Numbered from the stretch's first letter, positions 28,771 through 40,724 are shown. The stretch is 64,000 bases of DNA from an uncultured Chloroflexia bacterium (GCA_963774265.1 CAVZDU010000008.1:160001-224000); one strand, 5' to 3'. Translations and numbers: made by a program. Notes: generated from the sequence alone by a model not told the origin.

Positions 28771-30664
28771 AGTATCCCCACCAGACTAGTGGCGCAAAGA
28801 TCCTGACGCCACGCACGCAGAACTGGACGCTATCCAACCAAATGTCGGTTTTCAAATTGTCATCGTCATTCTGCGCCGTGAACACCATCGCCACCGGGTC
28901 GTGTGCGCTCAAGGCTGAAAAGTCAGCCACCTCGATGCGGTACAAGTAACGGTCCCACTCCAGTCCCGCATTAACCGTGTCGGCTGTGTTGCCGGTTCGC
29001 AACAGTTCATCCACCACCTGACCGTCGGGCGTGCGCCACTCCACGGTAAACCAGTCGTCAAACGGCCAATCATACGTGGTCCCCTTGCCCGTGTCGTCCG
29101 GATCGATACGATACGCGAACTTGACAACCCCCATGGTGGCGGTGGCAGGGATCGTCAACGTCTGCGTTACGACGCCGCATGAGCCGGCCCCACCCAGGAA
29201 GTGCAGTGAAGACTGGCCCGAATGAGAGAGTGCCCCATCCACCTCGATCGCGCCCTCTGTCAGCCAGGCGGACACTCCGTCCTCAAATCCGCCATTGATC
29301 ACCAATTCCTGGCAGCCCGGGAGATCGATATCGAGACCTGGCCCAGGCGGGGGCACAGGGGGGGGCGCGTCGTCAGGTGGAGTCGCTCCCACCGCACGTC
29401 CCGCATGAATACGCCCCGCGCCAAAGTAGATGTCTCGGCCAGTCGGACCCAGGTCGTCCGCCTGTGCCTCGATGAGGTCCTGCACCTGGGTTGGGGTCAA
29501 GGTGCTGTTTCGGCTCAGGATGAGTGCGGCCAACCCTGCCACGTGCGGCGTCGCCATACTCGTACCGCTCATCGTACTATAGCTGTTACCGCGAAAGGTC
29601 GAGTAAATACTGGATCCCGGCGCCGCGACGTCCACCCAGACACCGCGCGTAGAGTACGATGAAAGAACATCCTCTGCGGTCGTCGATGCCACAGCGATCA
29701 CATTCGCGTGTGCGGCAGGGTAATGCGGCATCTCATTGCCCGTGTTGCCTGCAGCCGCGACAACCACCACGCCATGAGAGAACGCATAGTTGACCGCCAT
29801 CTCCTCACCGAGACTGTAGCTGCTGGCGCCCAGACTCATGTTGATGACATGCGCGCCATTGTCCGTCGCGTAGATGATCGCCCGAATCAAGTCCTCGTAT
29901 GTTCCGATGGCATAGTTGAACACGTCGACTGGCATGATCGTTGCCTCGCCCGCGATCCCGGCGATCCCTATTCCGTTATCGACTCGCGCAGCCGCGATGC
30001 CTGCCACGTGCGTGCCGTGCCCGTAGTCGTCCTCAGGCACGTTGTCGTTGCCAGCGAAATCCCACCCATGCACGTCATCGATGAACCCGTTTCCCTCGTC
30101 ATCAACGCCGTTGTCGGGAATTTCGCCGGAGTTGGTCCAAATGGCGCCAGCCAGGTCTTCATGGGTCATGTCCACGCCAGTATCGAGCACCGCAATAATG
30201 ATCTCAGGCCGACCCGTTGTGAAATCCCAGGCGCCGGCAGCGTCGATTCTGCTTAAGTACGGCGTCTGCTTAGGTGCAACGGTATCGTAGTGGGGATCAT
30301 TTGGGACAAAGTCGAGCTGTAACGTGTAGTTTGGCTCCGCCCACTCCACGCCAGATATGCCCCCCAGGTCAGAGGCAGCATCAGCCAGCAGGTTGTCCGT
30401 CTTCACCCGCACGACCACCAATCCGAGCTCAGGAATTTCACGCAAGACACTCACGCCAGCGAGTTCAAGCCGCGCTCCACCACCATCGGAAAGCTTGACG
30501 AGCAACTCGTCGGAGACATGCGGTGCATCCCACGCCCGCAGCGGAAGCGACGGCTGACCAACTGGGACGGCCGGATCGGCATCGACCGACCCTACCAGGG
30601 GAGCAACAAGGAGCACGAAGATCAGAAAGGGTACGAGGGACATCTTCTTGGAGCTGACAAACAT
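28754..30664 (-). CDS. Secreted S8 (subtilisin/thermitase-like) serine protease with C-terminal carbohydrate-binding-like domain
   Basis: Signal peptide; AVLDTG, HGTHVAG, AAAGN and GTSMATPHVAG motifs; ELVINGGFE domain; ends RIFAPLVWW. Confidence 0.92.
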   Translation of the reverse strand: MFVSSKKMSLVPFLIFVLLVAPLVGSVDADPAVPVGQPSLPLRAWDAPHVSDELLVKLSDGGGARLELAGVSVLREIPELGLVVVRVKTDNLLADAASDLGGISGVEWAEPNYTLQLDFVPNDPHYDTVAPKQTPYLSRIDAAGAWDFTTGRPEIIIAVLDTGVDMTHEDLAGAIWTNSGEIPDNGVDDEGNGFIDDVHGWDFAGNDNVPEDDYGHGTHVAGIAAARVDNGIGIAGIAGEATIMPVDVFNYAIGTYEDLIRAIIYATDNGAHVINMSLGASSYSLGEEMAVNYAFSHGVVVVAAAGNTGNEMPHYPAAHANVIAVASTTAEDVLSSYSTRGVWVDVAAPGSSIYSTFRGNSYSTMSGTSMATPHVAGLAALILSRNSTLTPTQVQDLIEAQADDLGPTGRDIYFGAGRIHAGRAVGATPPDDAPPPVPPPGPGLDIDLPGCQELVINGGFEDGVSAWLTEGAIEVDGALSHSGQSSLHFLGGAGSCGVVTQTLTIPATATMGVVKFAYRIDPDDTGKGTTYDWPFDDWFTVEWRTPDGQVVDELLRTGNTADTVNAGLEWDRYLYRIEVADFSALSAHDPVAMVFTAQNDDDNLKTDIWLDSVQFCVRGVRIFAPLVWWGYSRDPD

Positions 30665-30676
30665 ATAGCCTCTTTC

Positions 30677-31969
30677 TCAGCGCATGGGCACAGCACGCGG
30701 ACCAACACCGCTGGATAGACGGCCCAAGGCCTCCGCCAGGTCGTCGCCGTTCTTCACCACATAGGCGGGCAACCCGCTGGCCTGCAGGTCGGCCAGCACC
30801 GGCGCCCAATCGGGTGCGGGGCCAAACGTTCGTCCCGCCAGAAGCACAGCAACACCGTGAACGCCTCGAGCACGTAATCCGCGCAGCACCGTAACCCAGC
30901 GTTCGTCAGTTGATGGCGTGATGACGATCAGCGTTGTATGTCGCGCCAGGGTTGCGCCGTCCATCGCCAGCGCCTCCGCAATGGGTAGCCGTCCGTTCGC
31001 TTTGATCACAGCAAGGATTTCAAGCAGACGGGTGAGTTGCCGCTCGCCACGGTCGGGCTGTACCGCCTCGCGGGTCTCTGCATAACTGAGGAAGCCGACC
31101 TCACGATCCGCCTGCAGAAAGTGCTGGGCCAGCGACGCAGCTATTGTAACCCCGTACTCGACAGTACTGGGCGGCAGTTCCATGCGCTCGACGCGGCGCG
31201 TGAGCCACGGCATCACCGTGTCCTCGTCAGCTTCGCTCCAAGGCGCCTCTGCTTGCGCGTCCTCGTACATGTCGAGAAAGATCCACACATCGGCCAGAGG
31301 ATCCAGCTCGAATTCCTTTGAAATCAACCGTCCCGTGCGCGCGGTGGAAGCCCAGTGGATGCGGTTGAGGCTGTCGCCCGGCGCGTAGTCGCGGACCCCT
31401 GATACGCTCGACGTAATATAGGGCGTGCGCCGATGGACAGATTCGCCACCTGGCAAGTAGCCCGTAGGCGGACTGAACCCGGGAAGGTCCACCGTGGGTG
31501 GCGTGACCACCAGCGATGCGGTCTCCGGCACCTCGCGGGTGAATCGAAAGATGCCGAGCGGATCACCGCTGCTAAGCGTAATCGGCCCCAGCACGAACCG
31601 CCCGCGCCGTCGTGCGAGGGTGCGCACCTGCCAGCGCGAGGTGGCGTGGCGGCCGAGGGAATTGACCACCCGGCTTACCTGGTGTCCCGGCAGGTCCGAG
31701 AAGTCATGCACCTCCACCCACAGTTTGGGCCAGCGCGAGTGATTGACAAGTTCCAGCGTCTCCTCGAAGTATTTGCCGACCTGCGACCGGTGGCTGCGCG
31801 TCGTGCGGCGCAGCATCAACCCGCGCTGATTCAGCCACGCCCAGAACAACGAGACCAAGATCACACCGGTAATAAAATAGAGCAGGTTGAAGGCCAGCTC
31901 TCGCCCGGACGCGAACGCAAAGACTGCGGCAGCCAACCAAAGCAAGAAGATCGCCCAGGAACGTCGCAA
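30677..31969 (-). CDS. DUF58 (vWA-like) protein
   Basis: RRGRFVLGP, DPLGIF and VRDYAPGDSLNRIHWASTARTGRLISKEFE motifs; follows moxR. Confidence 0.9.
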   Translation of the reverse strand: MRRSWAIFLLWLAAAVFAFASGRELAFNLLYFITGVILVSLFWAWLNQRGLMLRRTTRSHRSQVGKYFEETLELVNHSRWPKLWVEVHDFSDLPGHQVSRVVNSLGRHATSRWQVRTLARRRGRFVLGPITLSSGDPLGIFRFTREVPETASLVVTPPTVDLPGFSPPTGYLPGGESVHRRTPYITSSVSGVRDYAPGDSLNRIHWASTARTGRLISKEFELDPLADVWIFLDMYEDAQAEAPWSEADEDTVMPWLTRRVERMELPPSTVEYGVTIAASLAQHFLQADREVGFLSYAETREAVQPDRGERQLTRLLEILAVIKANGRLPIAEALAMDGATLARHTTLIVITPSTDERWVTVLRGLRARGVHGVAVLLAGRTFGPAPDWAPVLADLQASGLPAYVVKNGDDLAEALGRLSSGVGPRAVPMR

Positions 31970-31987
31970 AAGCGGAGCTCCCTTTCT

Positions 31988-32950
<963 letters not shown>

Positions 32951-33165
32951 ACGTGTGTCTGACTCCTATAAGGTAACACCCTGCCGCGTGAAGGCAGTTA
33001 CAGGTGCAAAGACCGGTCCCAAAAGACCATAGGATTATAATCCCTATGATTGCTTCGGGGCAACCCCTCCCATAGCCAATGCTTGCGCCTGAACGGGAGT
33101 ATGTGTAGAATCATCGCAGAAACTTAGCCGTCAACCCGTCATTACTCTTACCAAATTCGACGAAT

Positions 33166-33843
33166 ATGGCAGAACACATCCTGGTGATCGAAGACGACCC
33201 GCAAATCGCCGACCTGTTGCGTCGCGGCTTGATCTATGAGGGCTACTCGGTAAAAGTCGCGGGCGATGGCGCGGAAGGTCTTGCAGCCGCGCGCGACCGA
33301 GCACCGGACCTTGTGCTGCTCGACCTTATGTTGCCTGGAATGGACGGCCTCACCGTGTGCCAACGGCTGCGCGCGGCCGGCGACGTGCCGATCCTGATCC
33401 TTACGGCCAAGGACTCTGTGCCCGATCGTGTGCGAGGGTTGGATGCCGGGGCTGACGATTATGTCGTCAAGCCGTTCGCATTCGACGAGTTGCTTGCGCG
33501 TGTGCGCGCGCTGCTGCGCCGTCGCCAGCCCCCCGCCCAGGAGGAGGTTCTGCGCTTTGCAGACTTGACAGTGAACCCCATCACCCACGAGGTGCATCGA
33601 GGCAGCCGCCGTGTCGAGTTGACGGCGCGCGAATTTGAGTTGCTCCACCTGTTTGCGCAGCACCCGCGCCAGGTGATCACACGCGACACCCTCTACGACC
33701 GCATCTGGGGCTACGACTTCGGCGGCGAATCCAACATCATCGAGGTCTACATCCGCTACATCCGCTCCAAACTGGAGGAGGGCGGTGAACCGCGCTTGAT
33801 CCAAACCGTCCGCGGCGTGGGCTACGCGCTGCGAGAAGAGTGA
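33166..33843 (+). CDS. OmpR/PhoB-family response regulator (MprA-like)
   Basis: [22 protein letters not shown] and IQTVRGVGY motifs. Confidence 0.95.
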   Translation: MAEHILVIEDDPQIADLLRRGLIYEGYSVKVAGDGAEGLAAARDRAPDLVLLDLMLPGMDGLTVCQRLRAAGDVPILILTAKDSVPDRVRGLDAGADDYVVKPFAFDELLARVRALLRRRQPPAQEEVLRFADLTVNPITHEVHRGSRRVELTAREFELLHLFAQHPRQVITRDTLYDRIWGYDFGGESNIIEVYIRYIRSKLEEGGEPRLIQTVRGVGYALREE

Positions 33844-33844
33844 T

Positions 33845-35266
33845 ATGTCGATTCGCACCCGGCTGACCCTGTGGTACACGGGCCTGCTGGCGCTGACACT
33901 CCTCACCATAGGGATTCTGATCTATTCGCTTGTCGGCCGCATTCTTCTCGTCAACGTGCAAGAACGGCTGGTGGCCCAAGCAGACGATGTCATCGCGGTC
34001 ATCCAGCAAGAAAACGATCCGATGGCCGTCATGCTCTCTGGCCGCGCCCGGCTGCCGTCCATTGACGCGTTCGGCTCACAATACTACGTCCAGATCGTCC
34101 AGCTCGATGGTCGCGCGGTGCAGCTCTCGGAGAACTTGCAGGGTCAGCGCCTGCCTGTCGTCCCATTGATGCTTCAAAATCTCGAAGCCGGCAAGCCACG
34201 ATTCATGACGGTGCAGGCCGGCGATGTCCGGCTCCATGTCGCCAGCCTCCCCATCCCTATCGGTAATCAGCTTGTCGGCGTGGTTGAGGTGGCAAGCCTG
34301 ATGGCGAATGTCGACGACGCGCTCGCGGTCGTCCGGCGCGCTCTGCTGCTGGCCAGTGTGCTCGCACTACTATTTGCGGCCGTAGGTGGGAGCATCCTGG
34401 CCCGCGCGGCGTTGCGACCCATTAAGGCCATTACCGAGACCGCGCAGCAGATCACTGGCACGCGAGATCTCAGCCAGCGGATCGCGGCCGGGGTGCCGAA
34501 CGACGAGGTGAGCCGCCTGACCGCAACCATCAACGACATGCTCGGGCGACTCGAGTCCTCATTCGATGGGCAACAGCGTTTGGTGGCAGACGTCAGCCAC
34601 GAGCTGCGCACCCCACTGACCACTATCCAGGGCAATGTGGATCTCCTGCGCCGCGGCGCAGCCGATGATCCGGCAATGCGCAACGAGGCCCTGGCCGCCA
34701 TCGGCAACGAGACCGCGCGCATGCGCCGGCTGGTGAATGACCTGCTGCTGCTCGCTCAAGCGGATTCCGGACTTCAACTTCATCTTCAGCCGGTTGAACT
34801 CGATACGCTGATTCTCGATGTATACCGCCAGGGCCAGGTCATAGCCCAGAACACGGGTGTGCACTTGCGGCTGGGTGCGGAGGATCAAGCGGTCGTCCTT
34901 GGCGACGCAGACCGTCTGCGCCAGCTGCTGCTAAATCTGGTAGACAATGCAATCAAGTACACACCCGCCGGAGGAGACGTAACGCTCACGCTGAAACGCC
35001 AGGCTGGGTGGGTGCAACTCCGCGTGGAGGACACGGGCGCGGGCATTGCGCCCGAAGACTTGCCGCATATCTTCGACCGTTTCTACCGGGCCGATCGCAG
35101 CCGGACGCGTCCGGGCGGAGCAGGCCTGGGGCTGGCTATCGCCAAATGGGTGGCCGAGGCACACGGTGGTCGACTGGAGGTGGAGAGTCGTCTGGGCGCA
35201 GGCACGGCCTTCATGTTAGATTTACCTGAGCCAACCGGTGATGATGAACTGGAGGTTGACGCATGA
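33845..35266 (+). CDS. HAMP-domain sensor histidine kinase
   Basis: 2 TMs, HAMP domain, SHELRTPLT, NLVDNAIKY, DTGAGI, FDRFYR and GAGLGLAI motifs. Confidence 0.95.
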   Translation: MSIRTRLTLWYTGLLALTLLTIGILIYSLVGRILLVNVQERLVAQADDVIAVIQQENDPMAVMLSGRARLPSIDAFGSQYYVQIVQLDGRAVQLSENLQGQRLPVVPLMLQNLEAGKPRFMTVQAGDVRLHVASLPIPIGNQLVGVVEVASLMANVDDALAVVRRALLLASVLALLFAAVGGSILARAALRPIKAITETAQQITGTRDLSQRIAAGVPNDEVSRLTATINDMLGRLESSFDGQQRLVADVSHELRTPLTTIQGNVDLLRRGAADDPAMRNEALAAIGNETARMRRLVNDLLLLAQADSGLQLHLQPVELDTLILDVYRQGQVIAQNTGVHLRLGAEDQAVVLGDADRLRQLLLNLVDNAIKYTPAGGDVTLTLKRQAGWVQLRVEDTGAGIAPEDLPHIFDRFYRADRSRTRPGGAGLGLAIAKWVAEAHGGRLEVESRLGAGTAFMLDLPEPTGDDELEVDA

Positions 35267-35790
35267 GCAGCGAGACGAATCAGCCCGCCAGACACAAGCG
35301 TGTGGGCAGGCGACCGCACCCGCTCGCTACCCAGGTCCACAGGATCTTGATTGAACGCGGGCTGACCCTGGCATTTGCCGAGTCTTGCACTGGCGGCCTG
35401 ATCGGCGACCTGATCACCGATATCTCTGGCAGTTCAGCCTATTTCCTTGGCAGCGCGGTGACGTATGCCGACAGCGCTAAACGGAGGGTGGTCGGTGTCC
35501 ACGCGGACACACTGGCCGCACATGGCGCAGTAAGCGCGGAGACTGCCGCGGAGATGGCTCAAGGTGCCCGGCAACTCTATGGCGCAGACATCGCCGCGTC
35601 GGTCACCGGCATTGCAGGGCCGACGGGCGCGACGCCTGGAAAACCCGTCGGGCTGGTCTATATCCACCTGTCTGCTGAGGGCGCCGAATGGGGCGAGCAT
35701 CACCAGTGGGATGCAGATCGCCTCGGCAACAAGGTGCTGTCGGCCGAAGCTGTGTTGCGGCTGGTGTTGCGCTATTTGGCCACGCAGTAA
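35263..35790 (+). CDS. pncC: CinA C-terminal domain / NMN deamidase
   Basis: AESCTGG, GSSAYF, HGAVS, TGIAGP and KPVGLV motifs. Confidence 0.85.
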   Translation: MSSETNQPARHKRVGRRPHPLATQVHRILIERGLTLAFAESCTGGLIGDLITDISGSSAYFLGSAVTYADSAKRRVVGVHADTLAAHGAVSAETAAEMAQGARQLYGADIAASVTGIAGPTGATPGKPVGLVYIHLSAEGAEWGEHHQWDADRLGNKVLSAEAVLRLVLRYLATQ

Positions 35791-35813
35791 AACCGCGTTG
35801 ACAGGCGCCGCGA

Positions 35814-36902
35814 TCAAGGTTGCTGTATCTCCACCTGTCGCTGCAGTGCCAATTCTCGCCACTTATGTCCATTGGGGGTCAAGACGCCCTTCGGGTCTAC
35901 GAGCATGTTCACGTTAAGGTAGTCGGTAGTCGACCCGGTGCTCAGGAACCAGAACCACGCCTGCACTTGGGGCATACTATCAAATCGCCTGACGTATTCA
36001 TCCATGAACGCAGCTGTCGTGGTGTAGAAGTACGCCGGGGGCGTATGCCAGGCCGACGCCTGCAATAAGCCAAACTCGGTCACCAGAAGAGACGTCGAAT
36101 TGCCCTCCGCCGATCGCGCGGCGGTATACTGATCCACCAGTTTCATGCTTCGGTCGACGACACTCGGAATATCCGGCCGCGGTATGTCATCTGTCCACAC
36201 CACCTCGGGATCACCGGCATCGGGGCCATACTCGTAGTTGCCGTACAGATGAACGCCCCATCCCGCAAGCTCGCGAATGGTTGCGCTGCCCGCATTGTGC
36301 AGAGAAGCAAATTGCCTGACGAACTCCGCGTCCCACTTCTGATCTTCGATCAGGTTGTTGCCGGCGTAGATGGGACCCCGCCAGCGTTGATATGGCCAGT
36401 CGATGCCGCGTGTCATCGTATAGAACATGTTCGCTGCTTCGATCGGGCTGATGTTGGCCTGCTCAACCTTCGCGGGTTCATTCAAAAAGAGTAGCGGCCG
36501 GCCGTCATTGCACGATCCATCGAACAATGCTGCAAGCTTGACATGATCCGTGAAGTGCTTCTGTCCCCAGATCATCGGAATCCCGTGGTGTTCGGGGTAA
36601 TCGCAGTAAGGAGACCAGGCATAATACACGTATTGAGTGATACCGGCGGTGAGAGTGATCGGGGGCACACCGCCGGTACCCGGGCTGACCCACTGCCAGG
36701 GCGTCACGGTCGGCGACGGAGTCGGCGTTCTTGGAGATTCGCGGCTCGGGATCGACGTGGCCGGGCCCTCGGAATCGGGTGAGGATGACGGATTGTGGAG
36801 TGTTGCGGGGGATTGTGGCCGCAATGCAAACAGACCAATCAAGAGCAGGCCGGCCACCACCAGGGTAACGGCCAGACCACGGATGCGCCGGCTTCCGATC
36901 AC
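35814..36902 (-). CDS. Membrane-anchored/secreted clan-A glycoside hydrolase, GH128-like
   Basis: N-terminal TM, S/T/P linker, then IPMIWG, FLNEP, VHLY, LVTEFG and WFWF in GH128 order. Confidence 0.65.
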   Translation of the reverse strand: MIGSRRIRGLAVTLVVAGLLLIGLFALRPQSPATLHNPSSSPDSEGPATSIPSRESPRTPTPSPTVTPWQWVSPGTGGVPPITLTAGITQYVYYAWSPYCDYPEHHGIPMIWGQKHFTDHVKLAALFDGSCNDGRPLLFLNEPAKVEQANISPIEAANMFYTMTRGIDWPYQRWRGPIYAGNNLIEDQKWDAEFVRQFASLHNAGSATIRELAGWGVHLYGNYEYGPDAGDPEVVWTDDIPRPDIPSVVDRSMKLVDQYTAARSAEGNSTSLLVTEFGLLQASAWHTPPAYFYTTTAAFMDEYVRRFDSMPQVQAWFWFLSTGSTTDYLNVNMLVDPKGVLTPNGHKWRELALQRQVEIQQP

Positions 36903-36921
36903 CTGAACAAAACCTCCCTAC

Positions 36922-37635
36922 CTAACGAATCAATAGCGGCAGCTCCGTCAACTCCCTTGCCACCAGACACCCCACGCCATTGCTCGTCCCACTCCGGTCA
37001 AGGAGCACGCCCGTCATCCCTAACGCCTCCGCACCGCGCACATCGGCCACCAGGCTGTCTCCGACGTGCAGTGCGCGCGAGGGTTCACAGCCGCCCATTG
37101 CGAGCGCGTGGCGGAATATCTTCGCGTTCGGCTTACTTGCGCCCACACGCGCTGAAGTCACGATGAAGTCCACGTATCGATCCAGGCCAAGCGAAGCGCA
37201 CAATTCGGGCAAATGCCAGCCCCAATTGGAGACGATCCCGAGCAAAGGCACAGCCGCTCGCAACGCCTCCAACGCTGGGATGGCGTCAGGAAACACCGTG
37301 TAGGTGCCGACGTCGGTAAAGCGTCGCCGGCTCTCTGCACTCGCCTCGTCGATGATCGCCGGATCATCGATGCCCAGCAGATGTAGAATACCCGCATCGA
37401 TCGACCGGCTCTCGGCAATGTCTGCAGCCAGGCTCGGCTCCCACACCCGATCCGCATCCGCGGCGTCCCAGGCATCCCAGAACTGCCGCTGTGCCCTGTG
37501 CACTTCATCCAAAGTCATTTCAGGCCGCACTCGTTGGCCCAGGGCCAGCAGCATTCGGTCGACCCCACTATTTAAGTTGACCAAGGTGAAGCCCATGTCC
37601 AGGGTCACCAGATCGTACCGACCATCTCGTCTCAC
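36922..37635 (-). CDS. HAD-superfamily hydrolase
   Basis: LDMGFTL, IVSN, KP..KIF and HVGDSLVADVRGA motifs. Confidence 0.9.
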   Translation of the reverse strand: MRRDGRYDLVTLDMGFTLVNLNSGVDRMLLALGQRVRPEMTLDEVHRAQRQFWDAWDAADADRVWEPSLAADIAESRSIDAGILHLLGIDDPAIIDEASAESRRRFTDVGTYTVFPDAIPALEALRAAVPLLGIVSNWGWHLPELCASLGLDRYVDFIVTSARVGASKPNAKIFRHALAMGGCEPSRALHVGDSLVADVRGAEALGMTGVLLDRSGTSNGVGCLVARELTELPLLIR

Positions 37636-40067
37636 TTCGCGACCTTCCGCAGTTTTGCAAAGCCGGCCAGCAGGGCCTTGGTCCCTTTGCCCGCGAACGC
37701 CACGGTAACTTCCTCGTCATCCGCGGTCACTTCTGACTTGAGCACGATGCCTTGGCCAAACAAACCGTGATCCACCCGATCTCCTGGCTTGAATTGTCCT
37801 TCACGCTCAGGCCGCTTCGTGGATTTCGATGGTTGCTCCGGCAACTTCCCGGGCGCCCAAGATGGACTGCCACCGCGATCTCCCGATCGAGAGCTCAGGG
37901 ATGATCCTCGGTCGCCGGGTCGCGTGCGATGGCTGGCCGCGCTCCATGATTCGGCGTCTTCGTCGCCTATGGTGCGATTTCGGTCGCGCGCGTCTCGTCC
38001 CCAGTCTCCGGAGTGCCCGCTTTCTCCCAGACCACTCGGCCGGCTCGGAACCCCGCGCACCACCCCCCCCATCCCCATGACCGTGCCCTGCGCTGCAGCT
38101 ACGTCGCGCAGAAATCGCGACGGCTCGTTGATTTCGCTCCGGCCATATAGCATCCGCCTGAAGGCCCTCACCAGATACAACCGGTCCTTCGCCCGCGTCA
38201 GGCCGACGTACATGAGCCGGCGCTCTTCCTCCATCTGATCCGGGTCCTCCATGCTGCGGCTGTGCGGGAAGATGTTTTCCTCCAAACCCACCAGGAAGAC
38301 GACCTTGAACTCCAATCCTTTAGCAGTATGTACGGTCAACAAAGTGACGCGCTCGTCCTGCTCGACCAGTTCATCCTGGTCTGACACCAGGGCGACCTCC
38401 TCCAGGAAAGCCGTCAGTCGCAGATCAGGCGGGAAATCGTCGTAGTGCGCGGCGACCGAGCGCAGCTCCTGCAGGTTCTCCCAGCGTTCCTCGCCCTCCT
38501 CGGTGCCGTCGCGCAGCCAGGTAGCGTAACCGGACTGCTCCGAGATCTGTTCGAGCAAGGCTGCCACGGTCAGCCCATCCTTGGTATTCAACCAGCCCTT
38601 CAGCATCCGGTAAAACGCGCTCAGCGAGCGCTGGGCCGCGGCGGCGAAGGGATGCTGCGGGGGTCTGCTGTCTGTGCTAAGGTAGACGCCCTGGAGGACG
38701 GAACTGCCCAGGTCGCCCGCCACCAGCGCCAGCCCGCCGGCCATCGAAACGCCCAACTCGGCGCTCCATGAGGCCAGGGTCGACACGGTTTTGTCGCCTA
38801 TGCCGCGCGGGGGCACGTTGATCACGCGCATGAGGCCGACATTATCTGACGGGTTGTGGACCAGCCGCAGGTACGCCAGCGCATCCTTGATCTCTTTGCG
38901 CTGATAGAACCGCGTGCCACCCACAAGCCGATAAGGGATGCCGCGCGCCACGAACGCGTCTTCCAGCGAGCGAGACTGCGCGTTAGTGCGGTACATGACC
39001 GCACAATCGCTCAGACTCGCTTCGCCTGAACTGGCCAGCCGCTGGATAGTGTTGACCACGAACTGCGCCTCGTCAGCCTCGTCGTATGCCTCGTGCATTG
39101 TTGCCTGAGGCCCCTGCCCGCGATTAGTGCGCAGCTGCTTGGGCGTACGCTTGATGTTCCTGGCGATGACGGCGTTGGCTGCGTCAAGGATGCTTTGCGT
39201 GGAGCGGTAATTTTGCTCCAGCAGGATAACCTTGGCCTCAGGAAAGTCCTCGCGAAAGCGCAAGACGTTGCGGTAGTCAGCACCGCGGAAGCCGTAGATA
39301 CTCTGATCTTCATCGCCGACGACAAACAGATTATGCGACTTGCCGGCAAGCGCACACACCATCTCGTATTGCGCCGAATTGGTGTCCTGAAACTCGTCAA
39401 CCAACAGATACTCGTACCGGTCCTGGTAACGCCGCAACACCTCGGGCTGATCCTTAAATAACCAGGTTGTCCTGCAGAGCAAGTCATCGAAATCCAAGGC
39501 GCCGTTGGCCTTCAGAATCTCTTCGTAGCGGGTGTACACCCGCTTGGCGATCTCAGCGTAATAGGTAGCTGCCTCGAACTCAACGGGTTTGATGAGCTCG
39601 TTCTTAGCCTTGGAGATAGCGGAGCGCATGGCCTCTGGCCGGTACATCTTCTCGTCGATCTTGAGATCTTCGAGCGCGCTCCGGATCGCGCTCAACTGCT
39701 CACTATCATCGTATATCACGTAGTTGGGGTTGAGCCCCGCCGGACCTGACTCGGCGCGCAGAATCCGCGCACAGATGGCGTGGAATGTGCCGATGGTCAA
39801 TCCTTTCCAGCCCGAACTGACCGGCACAGCCTCGCCCAACAGCCGATTGACGCGCTCGCGCATCTCGCCCGCGGCCTTGTTCGTGAAGGTCACTGCCATG
39901 ATGGCGCGTGGATGCGCGCCGACGACGCGCAGCAGATAGGCCACGCGGTGCGCCAACACACGCGTCTTCCCCGAGCCCGGGCCGGCCAGCACGAGCACTG
40001 GCCCCCTAACCACCGTCACCGCCTCCCGCTGAGCAGGGTTCAGGCTGGCGAGAATATCATCTTGCAT
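37632..40067 (-). CDS. pcrA: UvrD/PcrA ATP-dependent DNA helicase
   Basis: AGPGSGKT, VDEFQD, GDEDQSIY, EQNYRS, HTAKGLEF and EEERRL motifs; C-terminal Tudor-like GDRVDHGLFG. Confidence 0.95.
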   Translation of the reverse strand: MQDDILASLNPAQREAVTVVRGPVLVLAGPGSGKTRVLAHRVAYLLRVVGAHPRAIMAVTFTNKAAGEMRERVNRLLGEAVPVSSGWKGLTIGTFHAICARILRAESGPAGLNPNYVIYDDSEQLSAIRSALEDLKIDEKMYRPEAMRSAISKAKNELIKPVEFEAATYYAEIAKRVYTRYEEILKANGALDFDDLLCRTTWLFKDQPEVLRRYQDRYEYLLVDEFQDTNSAQYEMVCALAGKSHNLFVVGDEDQSIYGFRGADYRNVLRFREDFPEAKVILLEQNYRSTQSILDAANAVIARNIKRTPKQLRTNRGQGPQATMHEAYDEADEAQFVVNTIQRLASSGEASLSDCAVMYRTNAQSRSLEDAFVARGIPYRLVGGTRFYQRKEIKDALAYLRLVHNPSDNVGLMRVINVPPRGIGDKTVSTLASWSAELGVSMAGGLALVAGDLGSSVLQGVYLSTDSRPPQHPFAAAAQRSLSAFYRMLKGWLNTKDGLTVAALLEQISEQSGYATWLRDGTEEGEERWENLQELRSVAAHYDDFPPDLRLTAFLEEVALVSDQDELVEQDERVTLLTVHTAKGLEFKVVFLVGLEENIFPHSRSMEDPDQMEEERRLMYVGLTRAKDRLYLVRAFRRMLYGRSEINEPSRFLRDVAAAQGTVMGMGGVVRGVPSRPSGLGESGHSGDWGRDARDRNRTIGDEDAESWSAASHRTRPGDRGSSLSSRSGDRGGSPSWAPGKLPEQPSKSTKRPEREGQFKPGDRVDHGLFGQGIVLKSEVTADDEEVTVAFAGKGTKALLAGFAKLRKVAK

Positions 40068-40076
40068 GAAAAAACC

Positions 40077-40724
40077 TTATCGCAAACAACAACGGTCCCG
40101 TGTCATAGTTTGACAGGCTTGAGCTACGTCTGTACTTGCCTCGATCCCGGCGCCAGCCAACAGCTCCGCTGCCAATCCAAGCGGCAGCCCCATGACCGCT
40201 GAATAGCATCCTTGCCAGGAAGCCACGGGCGCAAACCGCGGATCCTGGATGCCGTATGCGCCGGCCTTGTCCAGCGGGTCGCTTGTCTCGACATAGGCCT
40301 CTATTTCGGCGTCAGTGTAGGCACGCATGGTGACATCGGTGGCCGACAGACGCGTCTCGACCCCAGCGCTGTGAATCACGCAGACAGCCGTATAGACGAT
40401 GTGAACTCGATCGCGCAGTGCGGAAAGCATCGCCACCGCCTCCAACGCATCGGCGGGTTTGCCAAGCAGCACACCGTCCACGACAACCAACGTGTCTGCT
40501 GCCAGCACGACTTCACCTGGATGACGATCCGCCACTGCCTGTGCCTTAGCAAAGCAGAGCCGGCACACCAGCACCTCCGGCGGCTCCCCGGACCACGGCG
40601 TCTCGTCCACATCCGCCACATCGACGATGAAGTCCAACCCGAGCGTGGCCAGAAGCTCCCTTCGTCGGGGAGACTTGGAGGCCAGGACAAATTGCGGGCT
40701 TTGAGCCCGGTTGCCATCCCTCAC
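40077..40724 (-). CDS. maf: Maf nucleoside triphosphate pyrophosphatase
   Basis: [21 protein letters not shown] and DKAGAYGIQ motifs. Confidence 0.93.
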   Translation of the reverse strand: MRDGNRAQSPQFVLASKSPRRRELLATLGLDFIVDVADVDETPWSGEPPEVLVCRLCFAKAQAVADRHPGEVVLAADTLVVVDGVLLGKPADALEAVAMLSALRDRVHIVYTAVCVIHSAGVETRLSATDVTMRAYTDAEIEAYVETSDPLDKAGAYGIQDPRFAPVASWQGCYSAVMGLPLGLAAELLAGAGIEASTDVAQACQTMTRDRCCLR

